Source of the DNA: Vezdaea acicularis
Taxonomy: Eukaryota
Reading direction: 5' to 3'
Assembly (NCBI GenBank): GCA_026025075.1
Contig: JAPEUI010000059.1
Location: 1-64,000, forward strand
Length of the DNA: 64,000 nt
The notes under the pieces were generated by a model that worked only from the letters and a program-made list of their open reading frames with translations, made no database searches and had not been told where the DNA came from. The stretch's first letter is position 1. Each line of letters starts with the position of its first letter. Positions 21,789 through 33,514 of this stretch are shown here, in pieces. The position numbers and the translations under genes were made by a program.

Positions 21789-22211
21789 GGCGAATGTGAG
21801 AATGAAGAACTTTCTGAGCAGGGCTTTTGATAAGAAGATGATGAGTCTGTAAAGCCAAAGATCCTAAGCGCAGACACTGGTGGGCAAGTTGACTATGAAT
21901 AGGAGTTATGAGAAGCAGTAGAAGAGAAAACGAACAAGGGAATTATGTGGCCTAAAGAAGAGCCCTTTATAGACGACCTCTGTTCGATCAACAAACCTGC
22001 TTGGGAAGACAAGGAGAAATCGGGAAGGCTTGCGTTGCTCGGTATGATAAGAATGCGCTTTCCTCATACGGTGCCAAGGCAGGGCATCCTGACTCGCTAC
22101 GCCTTTCCTTAAGTCGCAGCTATCTCCGTATATCTAGTGAATGAGAAGCGCATGAAGAAGTATTTTCAGCCTATTGAGTACAGGAGGAGCTCGTTGCGAA
22201 CGCTGAATCCA

Positions 22212-23328
22212 CTAAAGCTTCGATGTGCTCTTTACAAATTCGACTTTATTTGTGCAAGTACCTACGCTTTCGAGGCTTACTTCTACCATATCACCGTCTT
22301 TGAGCCAAAGCTTAGGTTTCATGGCCATTCCAACACCTTGCGGGCTACGAGGGTATCAGCATTGCAGGGAATTGTGAGGTATGGACGATGGAAAGGGGAG
22401 AGGAGATTTGCCACTTACGTCCCAGTGAAAATTAGGTCACCTGGCAGGAGCGTTGTGCCCTGTGACAGGAATGCGATCGTCTTTGCTACTCCAAATATCA
22501 TGTCTTTCGTATTTGAGTCTTGCATAGTCTTTCCATTGAGCTTCGTCATGATTCGTAGGTTTTGTGGATCTTTGATTATCTTGGCCGAAACGATTCCAGG
22601 CCCAAAAGGGGCCCAGCCATCAAAGCCTTTTCCAAGGGACCACTGACCCCCACCTCTCTTCATCTGCCACTCTCTGTGCGATATATCGTCTCCTACAGCA
22701 TAGCCCAAAACGTAGTCTAACGCTCTTGCCTCGGAGACCTCACGGGCTTCCTTGCCTATAACAGCAACAAGTTCACATTCCCAGTCCAAGCCCTCAGCCT
22801 CCTGAGCCATTCGAGATACAGGGATTGGGTCGAATGGCCCCGTTATGGAAGTTACGGGTTTGTAGAACAAGATAGGGTACTTTGGAAATGGCGATCCGGT
22901 CTGACAGGCATTTGATATCAGGATAGTCCAAACGCAGGGATTGACTTAATGGACTGACCTCCTTAGCATGAGCCGAATAATTGAGGCCCAGGCACCGAAC
23001 TGTACCAACGTCATCGCGTGATAATGGTGAAAGGAGCAGTCGCACGTCCTGATCGTGAGTTCCGTAGTCAGAATTTGTTTGTCGTAAGAAAGGGCGAAGA
23101 TCTGATTCATACTGCAATCTGGTCCGTAACATGGTGCTTGCCGAATATGTCCCCTATTATAACTCGTGCCTGGGTGATTCTGGCAATGTCCTTGACTCCC
23201 GATGGCAATATTGCATCACCATAATAGGTCCTGCCGTCTTTCGCAAGGAAACGTACTAAACGCTGAGGGAGTGATCAGTCAGGCGTAGTCGATTACATTC
23301 TGGTGTCACTTACAGAGAAAGACGCCAT
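22212..23328 (-). CDS. Fumarylacetoacetate hydrolase (FAH) family protein, multi-exon
   Basis: RLVRFLAKDGRTYYGDAI, VRCLGLNYSAHAKE, LDWECELVAVIGK, YVLGYAVGDDISHREWQ, GKGFDGWAPFGP, TLLPGDLIFTGTPQGVG. Confidence 0.9.
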
Positions 23329-23762
23329 TCCGATCAAGAGTACCTCTTTAGGCAAACATGTGAAGCTATAAATTGGGATAAGGTCTTCTTACGTAGAACG
23401 TTAAGAAACGGCATTGTTCTTTATCGCTTGTTACCTCGGTCAATATTTAAGGCCATGCAGTCTGCTCGATAGCGTCATTCCGGCGCTGTGGCTTGGTGGA
23501 CTTGTTCACGCTACTTCACTTCGGGCGCCGATTAGTGCCTGAGCGCATGCTGAAAATACCGCCATGACGGATTTCTGGGCTGAGCCCGATTCGCGTTAAA
23601 TTACTCTTTGCCCCACCATCAACAATCACACGAGAGACGCCCCACAAAGACCGTCCAACGTTAACATCATTTGTCACATAAACTAGGTCTTAACGTCTGA
23701 AGGGACACAAAAGCTACCAAACACTCTTATTGCGCGAGCCAATATTCAAAGGTGGAGCCATC

Positions 23763-24861
23763 ATGGCACCTGCAGGAACAAAATGGGGTGAGTAATTTTT
23801 ATGCCCCTTGATCTGATTTTGTGCGCCTGAAAAAAACCCCTGCGCTTCATGAAGCACGCATATGAGAGCGTTGTACTCGAGCCCGCTACGCAATAATCGA
23901 GCCATGAAAGACATATACTATTTCATTTGCTGACTGCTTCACTACATCCCTCAGATGATGAGGATTCGAGCACACCACCGAGCTCACCCCCAGCCGTCCC
24001 AATAGTGAGACGATCCAAATTTGAAGATGAGGAGGACGACAGTGATGTACTATTCCTTCAAAAGCTTATGTCAGCGTGGGCCTAATATGTCTTTCCCCGA
24101 TAGGTCGCCGACGCCTGGGATGAAGAGGAGGATTCGGAAGTTGAACGGGAAAAGGCGAAAGCCGCCGCTGAAGCTAAAGCCAAAGCTGATGCGATCGCAG
24201 CTGCCAATAAGAAGTCGAAAACACAACGTATAGCAGAGAAGCAAGCGCAGAAAGCCGCTCAAAAGGCTGCCGAGGAAGATGAAAGCAGTTCAGAAGACGA
24301 GGACGTTGCTGCCAAGCGGGAGAAGCTAAGACGAATGCAAGAGGCATCCGACCTCAAGCACGCCGAGGACTTGTTTGGAGATGTTGGTATATCCAATAAG
24401 AAAGCTGTCAACCACGCTGTTATCACGACGGATTCTGGAGAGACAGTCGACCTCTCCAAGCTACCGCTCTTTAACCCTACGACGAAAGACCAGTTTGCCA
24501 AACTTCGCGAGACGCTCGTTCCCATTCTCACCTCCAGCAATAAGAAAGCTCAATACACCCTCTTCCTGACCGAGTTTACAAGACAACTGGTCAAGGATTT
24601 GCCTAGCGCAGACATCAAGAAGCTTGCGACCGCCTTGTCAACTGCAAGCAATGAAAAGCTGAAAGAAGAGAAGGCGGCAGACAAGGCAGGCGGGCGAGGT
24701 AAAGCAAAAGCGAAGAATAAGACGACACTTGCTGTGGGCCGTGACACTGCAGTACGAGCTGACACTACAAACTACGCCGATGAAGGATTCGATGAGTACG
24801 CTCCCAATCATGCCTCTCACGGGAATCCTGCTAATAACTGACCAGTGACGATTTTATGTGA
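23763..24861 (+). CDS. HCR1: Eukaryotic translation initiation factor 3 subunit J
   Basis: MAPAGTKW|DDEDS..SKFEDEEDDSD|VADAWDEEEDSE..MQEASDLKHAEDLFG..ADEGFD|DDFM*. Acidic W-containing motifs and the DDFM terminus. Confidence 0.9.
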
Positions 24862-25507
24862 TTCTCGCCTCTATGTTACGTCAAGAACATGTGATGATTA
24901 CGATATGGTCAATTCTTAGTGGCGTCGACGTGCTTGGTTAGTCTTATGTGGCGTTAAGGGGAGCACATGAAAGGGGCGAGATTTGGGTTCAGCATACTTC
25001 AGTTCTCTCTGTGCATAAACACCGTAGAGATACAATCGGCCTGCTCTCTTGCAGATCCGAAGGCCACAAAATCCTCAATCCGGCTCTGATGCTCCTACTA
25101 ATTGTGATTTTTGCATTGACAAGGTCCACGCAGCGCGATGGCCACTGAGGTATGCCCAGATCGCTTGACTGATGGCGTGACATCTCCCTTTGCCATTGAC
25201 ACTTCCGTTGCAATCAAAAAGGGGCTTCTGCAAGGCAACGGAGTCTCAAGGGCATATTAGGGCTTGTTTAATGCCTCATGATTGACTCTACGGGTCGCCA
25301 GGCGCTTAAACAAGATCATCTTTATTCCTATTTCATGGCGAAGCTATGACGTCGGAAGGCTGGGGATGGGTCGTAGTGTCTCTCACAATCACACTCGTAG
25401 ATGCTCGGCTTTGTACTCTTGTTACATAAAGGGGTAGATTATAACTTCAGTAAAGCGAAGCTCCCACGAAGCGCTCATGCCATGCGACGCAATTACTGCC
25501 AGAACCA

Positions 25508-26412
25508 TCAAAACCTCCTACTCCCCTCCCTACTCGACCACCCAAACGCCGCCGCCGTCTCGCCGAGTAGCCTCCCGGCCGCATCGACTACCTGCCCTGC
25601 CATGCCCTTCTTCTTCCCCCTCCCTCCCAACGCCCCCGCCACGCCCAGCCCATCGGGCCCACCCGCAACCCCAGTGTCCATCATAGTCGGCAGCACATTA
25701 TCGCTCGCTGATAGCGACACGAAGAGCGCGAACGGCACAAACCACACGCACATCCCAAAAAAGGAGGAGATCTCTGTGAAGCTGGGCGGCGTGACGAACG
25801 GTGCTGACGGGGGAGGCCCGTGGCCTGTCCGGTGCGGGTTGTCCCGGTAAGGAGGCGGGGGGTAACGGGTTAGTGTTGAGAAGTGCGAGAACCATAGGTA
25901 GTGGTTTAGGAGTACCAGAACTGGTATAGCAGTTAGCTCTTCACTCCTGCTGCTGAATAGCATCACTCTGGCGCAAAGGGGGAGGGCGTCTCTTACGGCA
26001 TGAGATGATGAAGAGCGGATCGCTCAGCCGGACGAAAGGGAACCGTCGGAGATTGCCAGCGTATACGGCATGGCTGCCTATGCTAAGGAGGGAGAGAAAG
26101 AGGGGCAGCCGGTCGACGAGGGCGAGTAGGACGAGGACGCCGACGACGAAGTAGATGAGTTGGCTGAGGAGCTTCTTCGTGAGGACGGTATGCTCTTCCA
26201 CCAGCTCGGAGAGGTAGTAGAGCCCCGAAGCTGCGACGACCACGGGTTAGCTTGGAGATCTAGCTAGCGACAGAGAGCTCTTTCTTGCGGAGACGCCGGG
26301 ATGTGCCATGTGGCATCGTGGCTTTGAGTAGAGGCCACTTACCGATTGCAAGGGTGAGGAAGCAGAAGCCGACGAGGATGCCGAGGTATCCGATGAGCGG
26401 GAGGATCCACAT
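25508..26412 (-). CDS. SVP26: Svp26/Erv26 (TEX261 family) COPII cargo adaptor
   Basis: MWILPLIGYLGILVGFCFLTLAI|ASGLYYLSELVEEHTV..NHYLWFSHFS..PSFTEISSFFGMCVWFVPFALFVSLSASDNVLP. Confidence 0.9.
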
Positions 26413-26706
26413 TGCCAGTCGTGTGTCGAGGAGGGCGCAAGGCGCATCTTATTCATGCATTAGAGTAGGGTGGGAACATCGAACGAGAAAGTTGGAGGTC
26501 GGCGCTAAACCTCGGCAGGCGCGTTTATCACTGGCGTGGGCCGCGCGTGAGGGCGTGCCTGGCGAGCATATTTCCCTTTCGAGTAAGGCGTCCCGACTTC
26601 ACCACAGCTTCAACCTTTCGAGCAAGCTCCTCAAACACCTCCACTACCCAGCGCCAGCCCTACTCTACGAAGCTCAAAAAGAAACGGCTCAGATACTCTA
26701 GACATC

Positions 26707-27649
26707 ATGAATCATCTACCCGAGGCATGGGGTCGTGTAAGTCTTCCTTCTTTGAAGAAACGTTCACGCAGCAATAAGCTCACGGTTCTGTCCATCTAGC
26801 CCCGAGACGACATCTACGGAGCCTACGACGCCTCATACGTCCAGCCAAATGGCCCAAGCCAACGCACCCAACAGCCTGTCGTGACCGGCACCTCAGTCCT
26901 CGCCATCAAATTCGCAGACGGCATCGTGATCGCCGCCGACAACCTAGGTGTGTCCTCCCAAATCCGGACCACCACTACCACCACTCCCAACCCCCATCCA
27001 CTAACCCCCCTCCCCAACACCAGCATCCTACGGCTCCCTCGCCCGCTTCAGCGATGTAAAGCGCCTGCTCCCCTACGCCAACACCTCCATCATCGGGTGC
27101 GGCGGCGACATCTCCGACATGGAATACATATCGCGACTTCTGCAATCCCTCGCCATAAACGAGACCCAGCAGAGCAGCACCTCGCACCACGGCCTCACCG
27201 CCGCAAACCTGCACTCCTACCTGTCCAAAGTCCTGTACAAGCGCCGCTCAGACTTCAACCCGCTCTGGAACCAACTCCTCGTCGCCGGCTTCGACGCTGC
27301 GGACAAACCCTTCCTCGCCTCCGCCGACCTGCTCGGCACGACCTTCTCGGCGCCGGCGCTCGCCACGGGATTCGGTGCCCATCTCGCGATGCCCACCCTG
27401 CGCGGCCTCGTCGAAGGGACCGATGCGGAAGGTCGCGAGAAATGGGAGGGCTTGAGCAGGGAGGTGGCCGAGAAGGCGATTCGGGATTGTTTGAAGGTGC
27501 TCTGGTACCGCGATGCGAGGAGCGCGGAGAGCTTCAGTATTGCGGTTGTGACGAAGAAGGGCGTCGAGTTGAGGGAGGATGAGAGGTTGGAGGAGCAGAG
27601 TTGGGCCTTTGCTGAGGGGGTTAGGGGGTATGGTACCCAGGTCAATTAG
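26707..27649 (+). CDS. PRE4: 20S proteasome subunit beta type-7
   Basis: MNHLPEAWGR|..RTQQPVVTGTSVLAIKFADGIVIAADNL|ASYGSLARFSDVKRL..YKRRSDFNPLWN..ATGFGAHLAMP..YRDARS..GYGTQ. Confidence 0.95.
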
Positions 27650-28098
27650 AGCCCGGGGGGGGGAACGAGCTGGCGTGGTGGGATAGGGGGGTCAGCGGTG
27701 TGTGGTAGGATAGATGATGATTGAGCTCGGGGGTTACTGGTTCAAACTACTCTGGACCACCATCAATCTGCAATACAGAACACGCTTGACTCTGGCCGCT
27801 GTGCAAAGTGAAGCGTCAGCGCATCGACGCATCTTGTTTGAGGCGATTGCGTAGAGCTCGCTGCTATGGTTTATATACACGTTCTGAGAGGCGCTGACTG
27901 GACTTTTAAACCACCCCGAGTTACCCCCCCTAGAGGTGCCTCCATGCAATACAGAAATCTCACACGTAACCACCCAACCAGAGTACCTCCTCCGCATCGC
28001 TCGGTCCTTCCTTTCTCCACTCCGCTGCGCTGGAACCCCTCTTTCCCCTTCCCGTCGCGGTCACGTGGTAGCTCCATAGCACCATCACACCCACCGCA

Positions 28099-28778
28099 TT
28101 ACCCCCTTTCCTTTCCGCCGTGCTGCTCAGCGCCCGTCCGCGCATCCTCAGGAGTAGCTGACTCAGTCTTACTTCCCGCCGCCGCCGCCGCGTCCGCGGA
28201 AGTCGCGGGGTGACTAGGGAGGGAGGGAGCGCTGGCTTCGACGCTGGAGAGGAGGGCGTCGATCTTGGCCTCGACGGCGCTGAGATGGGTCTCGAGGCGG
28301 GTGGCGGTGGCTTCGCCTCTGTTAAGGGGGGGGGGTTAGTTTTGTGTGGGGGATAGGGGGAGAGGGTGAAGGAGGGGGATAGAACAGGGAGAGTGAGAGG
28401 AGATTTGGGGGGGAGGAAAAGGGAGAAGAGCGATGCTTGGGCATTGCCAGTGCATAGAGGTATGAGACGCGGGACATTGAAAAGTAGGGTGAAAGCATGG
28501 GGCCAGAGGTATCATCGAGAAGTACCTCGATGATGACGTATGGAAAAGCGAGTTCACGCTCGCCGCAGCACCACAGCCGCGCCACCATGTCAAACAGGAG
28601 CAAAAAACATACTGAGCAATCTCCCGAAAAGCCTGGTAGACCGAGAAAAAACGGAGAAAATCAGCACTTCAGTAGTACACTACGTATACAACACCAACAG
28701 TGTAGAACGACGCACCTGCGCCATATCGGCCTCGGGTTCCTTTGGAGCGGGCCCCGCGGCGGCCTGTTCGGCGACCAT
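28099..28778 (-). CDS. Small coiled-coil hypothetical protein, 100 aa, three exons (absent from the ORF track)
   Basis: Exons 28778-28716, 28632-28613 and 28318-28099 with GT-AG introns join in frame: MVAEQAAAGPAPKEPEADMAQ|AFREIAQ|GEATATRLETHLSAVEAKIDALLSSVE.. Confidence 0.7.
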
Positions 28779-29835
28779 AGCTGATATGCAGGGCCCTTCC
28801 TCGGGGGTGCACGGTCTGCGCGCAGAGTACGTCACAGAAGGAAAAAGGCAAAAAAAGAAGAAGGGAATCTAGGCCGAAGCAGAGGGGCACGACGGGGGCG
28901 ATGCAGAGGGTCTGGATCCTCTCTGCAAAGGAAGTAGCGCTGGTAGTGTACGACCTTGACAAAACGCCAGCGAGAAAAAGCACGTGCGCGGACTGGCTGT
29001 TTCGGAATACGCGAGGACGCAAATCCTTGGCGCAAGCGAGCACGTGCGGGTAAAGCCGGGCCGGGGGTAGTGGATGACTGACAGTTGTGGCCGAGCGGGT
29101 TCAGCGAGCCGTCAAAGAAAGGAAGGCGCGGGGTTCAGTCTCTTCGCTGCAGGAGGCCAAATGGAGAATGGACCGAGAACGGAAGGGCCGATGGGGCCTC
29201 GCGCTACGGCGCTTGGACGCTTTGGTTGGGGGTTCAACGGGGGGGCCCGAGGGCTGCTCGAGGGGGGAAAATGACGGAAGAGTGAGCGCAGAGGATGGGC
29301 TCGTGGAAATATTGATCGAGGCCTGATGGCAGAGTGATCGGAGAATGGGAATGATCGATGGTGCGCATGTACGGAGCAGCCGCCGCGGATGATTGCAGAA
29401 TGCGGTCAGTGGCGAATGCGGAACGGACGGGGATGGGCGAGGCGGGCACGGATTGGCTGGAAGCGGCGCCGGAGGTGTCTCCGGCCGGACGTCCAGCTCC
29501 GTCGCACCAAAACCCAGCGGCGCGCGCGGATTGGCGGCCACGCTCGGCCATGCAAGGGCCCTGCCCCCTTCTCCAGAAGTTCCATTGCACGACCGTGGTG
29601 GCCTGCACGCGCGGGGCCGCCGATTGGCCGGCGGACGTGCGGCCGGCGAGAGGGCATCGGGGTCCAGATCGACATTCGCACTGGCCTGGATGCGTTTTTC
29701 GACCGGAAATCCTATCGACGGGGGCGCTGGCCACGACATGATCCGCCCCCGTGATCTGCCCCCTGCTTATCTTAGCGCGACGGCCGGCGGACTTGGCCCC
29801 GCCTGACCTGGACCCTTCGAACGGCGCGGCCGCCC

Positions 29836-29923
29836 TCTGACTTCAATCTGACCGCAACCTGACCTCGACCTGACCTCGATCTGACCTCAACCTGATCTCA
29901 ACCTGACCTCAACCTGACTTCAT
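29836..29923. repeat. Minisatellite, 8 x 11 bp (consensus CCTGACCTCAA)
   Basis: tctgacttcaa tctgaccgcaa cctgacctcga cctgacctcga tctgacctcaa cctgatctcaa cctgacctcaa cctgacttcat. Confidence 0.9.
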
Positions 29924-31380
29924 GCGCTGCTCGCCGCCTGTCCGTGGCCGCAACACTGCTCCGGATTCAACACCCGCCGCGACATGTCCTCGACCTAGCG
30001 GTCGAAAGAACTGACGCAAACCTCACGTCTTTTTGTCTCCGTGAAGACGTGGCTGGCGGTGATCCGCTCTGTTGAGGGGTCTCGGGTTCAGGATGGCGGC
30101 CTCACCATTAAGGGGGATTGTCGAGAAAGGAAGTCTCTGATGCCCCCCTCCACGCTCCGAAGCACGTGCGGCCCGTTCGTCGGACAGAGGGCATGGCCCA
30201 CCGACTGACGTTAGACTTCGCCGTGTTATTGATCTGGTCTGTTTCTGCCGGTAGCTGCTTGGCTTGTGTCTGCAAACGCGTGGGCAGCGGAGCCGCCGTC
30301 TTCACGTGCACGAAGGGAGAGATAGAAGAGAGAAGAGAGAAGAGAGATCGACAAACCGATCGAGAGAGGAGACGGGTCAAGCTGGTCACGAACGGGCGGC
30401 CGGCGGACGGTCGACCGTCGTGATGACGCCGCCGCATCAAGCGCGTGTGCGTAAGGGGAAGGGGCATTGTCTGGTGGATGGTAATCGCGTCCGGCGCGGG
30501 CAATCGGAGGACTCGCGCGGGGCCAGATCTCGATCGCGGCGAGCGGTGTGCAAATCCGTCGTGCGTCGCTCTTTCCTTTTCCTCGCGCGCGCGCGCTCTC
30601 TCTCCATCCGCGCCGGCGAACGGATGCGGCCGCCGTCCTGTCCACGATGGATGATGCGGTGCGAAGGGAAAGGGACGACAGAGAAGGTTCATGCTGAATG
30701 GCGACATGGAGCCTGGTGAGGATCGGGGATTGATATGTTGATCGCGGAACAGCCGAGCCCATGACGAGCGCCGTTTAAAGCCGCAAGGGCGATGGAGCTT
30801 CGATGGCTCGATGAGCTCGGGTAGTCACCGCTGGGGGACACGATGCGGTGGTGGACGGCCCCTTCCCCTTCTGCCTCTGCCTCTTGCCTCGCGCACGCCG
30901 CACGCAACCCGCAACGGAAGGAAGGCCAGTGCGGCAGGGGCGATCAGAGGCCAATCGCCGCAGGGTCGGAGCCAGATCCGCCGCCATGCAAACTGCATTG
31001 CGCGGTCGCCGTCGCGGTCGCAGGTCCACCTCACGGACCATACGGCTCTGCCAGATGGTCTTTTTCTGCAGCGAGGAGGGCCAAGCAGATACCGTCGTCA
31101 ACTTACGGTAGATGAGGCCGACGCCGCGAAGAAGCCGTGGGAACCCCCTCATATAGCATACCGCTCGTCTTCGCCTTCGAGCCGCAATGGCCGATCGGTG
31201 GGCACCGAGCAGGCTTCGCACGAACGGCAACCAATCAGGGCCGCGCCTGCCTCTGCTGACAGCGCGGGAGCAGCACAAAGCAGCATCACGTTAGGGTTTG
31301 GATTCCGCGCTGCTTTGACCGGAGCTTTTGCGCCGCCAGTAGCTGCGACAGGGGTGAGCGATGGTCCTCTCGCCGCCTTC

Positions 31381-31428
31381 CTCGCTTCTCGCCTCTCGCT
31401 TCTCGCCTCTCGCTTCTCACTTCTCACG
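31381..31428. repeat. 7-bp tandem repeat (CTCGCYT)n, about 6-7 copies
   Basis: cctcgcttctcgcctctcgcttctcgcctctcgcttctcacttctcacg. Confidence 0.8.
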
Positions 31429-33514
31429 TCCCCCCTTCACTCCACCGTGGGGCGCCTCGTACCTCATCCATCGCCATTCCAGAGAACACGCATCCGCTCG
31501 TCAAGCAATTGATTCATGCTCGATCATGGCCCAGACATCGCAGCGGCCTAGCCCTGGCCCGGCGCCACCCAGCGATGTGGCCGCTGCTCGCCTCTTCGGT
31601 CGCGTGGGATCCCATGGCGCTTAATGGGCCCCTGCCCTGCCGCACTAAGCTACTCCACCTCGGGCCCACGAACGACGTGCTCGATCGGGGATCTGGCCGC
31701 TGACTTGGCCGGCGTAGGCGGGGGTGGGGAGCTGGGCGAGAAAGAAAAGATGAAGAAGTACGTCTGGCCCCGATGCATCGACTTTCCCATTCTTTCTCGA
31801 GCAGAACGCCATCCCTTCTCATCACGGTCACGGCGTGCATCGTCCGTCAATTGCCATCCCCCTCCGTGGCCCCCCCCCGCGCCCTAGGAAGCCGACGAAC
31901 CGCCCTCTCGCCCTCATATGGACCACGTCCCCTTGACAGTATCCTCAGCTCTTGTTCGTTTCCCAACTGCCCGGCTCCGGCATTCGACCCGCCAGGACGA
32001 TATCGGACAAACAGCAACGCTGGTCCTCTCTTCGCGACAGATCCGGGCACGACCAACAGTATGTGGATCCTCTTTGTTTATGCCCTTCCCCCTTCCCCCG
32101 ATCTGCGATCTCCCTCCTTCTCCTGGACCCCTTCTCGCCTGTATCACACCCAACCACCTCCTCCTCCTCTCCCCCCCGCCGCCGCCGGCCTGCTCTCCGC
32201 CGCCGAGCACTGGGCTGCACTCGACGGCAGCCGGCTGCAGCGGGCAGCGGCAATCGGGGTTCGCCCGCGAGATCGCGGACATGTCCCCGACAGCCGCGGC
32301 CGCCATTCGCTCACGTCGCGAGGGAGCCCGTTGCCCGCGCTGGAGCATCCGTCATCTCCATCTGATTTCTCCAGATTCGGCTGATGTCTTGGCGGGCCCC
32401 GAGGGAGTTTCGATTCGTCGACTGGGGCCGGCTTCTGCCCTACTGTTGCACGGCCTTGCTGGGATAACTCTCCCTCTCCCCCCGCGCTTCTTTCCCTTTC
32501 TTTCTCCCTCTCTCCCTCTCGCGCTATGTCTGAGTCTGTGTGTTTGTATTTCTCGCCCCGCTCCCGCTGCCCCTCTTGTTTTTCTCTTTCTTCTTCCCTC
32601 TCCATTACCTATTCCGTCCAACACGGTCAGGTAAAACTCGCGCTCGCCCCACGCCCGCCATCATCCTCGACGCAACAGGATGAGAGAGAGAGAGAGAGAG
32701 AAGAGCTCTCGCCACGCGGAGATCCGTCCTATGGCCCACGCTAACCGCTCGTGTTCTCCCCGTAGGTTTCTTCCTGTCGCTCTCTCCGGCAGAGGCCCAG
32801 CAAGCGCCGCTCCGGGCCTATGTCCGGTGATTGAACGACGGGTCCCGCGCGCACCTGCCTGAACGCCCATGCACGTCGCCCTCCGCGAGGGTCGCTCTTT
32901 CTCTTCCAGTAGCCGGGCCCACTTGCCCGAACCGGCACGATTCACTCCCAATCCTCGATCGTAAACACCGGCCGGTCCCAGCAAATCATCCGTCGCTTAG
33001 CCCGCACCCGGGGGTGCTCGCCGTCAAGCCTCGACGCGGTAGGGCTCTTGCGCCCTCGCCGTCTCTCTCTCTCCCTCTTACCCCCCCCCTCGTTGATGCA
33101 CGAAAGCGTCGTGCTGCCTTGGATCCCTGGGAGAGATCTCTGGCACGGCCGCCACGACTCGATCCTGTTCTCTATCGATTGCTCCTGCCATTGCCCGTCT
33201 TTTTTCCTGCTGGACCCTTGCATGCCTGGTGCATTTTGCCTTTCGCCTGTCTAGATTCTGTCATATCACCGGCGCCATCTCCGTCCAAGTCAATCCTCCA
33301 TTCCTCCACCACCACCACCACCACCACCACCATTCTTCTCGCCTGCCCGACCCGACACGGTTTTGGACGAACGGCATCAGGCATAAATAAGCTTGGAGAA
33401 GGGAAAATAGGAATTGAACGCGGACGACCAGCACCCTCGTCGTGGGCTGCATATATCGCACCTGCTCTGCTCTGCTCTGCTCTTCCGGGGAGCCGGCCAT
33501 CACAGCTCTCGCCC

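Noticed and set aside
23788..23954. Intronic snoRNA in the longer first intron of eIF3j
   Set aside because: Only weak hairpins and an ACA triplet; no convincing C/D or H/ACA architecture or rRNA guide could be identified by eye.
28529..28616. Box C (ATGATGA) and box D (CTGA) pair suggesting a C/D snoRNA
   Set aside because: It is antisense to the host intron, lacks a clear terminal stem, and the CTGA overlaps a splice donor of the minus-strand gene.
29836..29923. CRISPR-like array
   Set aside because: The units are contiguous 11-mers without unique spacers, the context is eukaryotic, and no cas genes are present.
29074..33500. Dozens of overlapping 60-320 aa ORFs on both strands
   Set aside because: They have Arg/Pro/Gly/Ala-rich composition expected from GC-rich non-coding DNA, with no domains and no consistent splice pattern.
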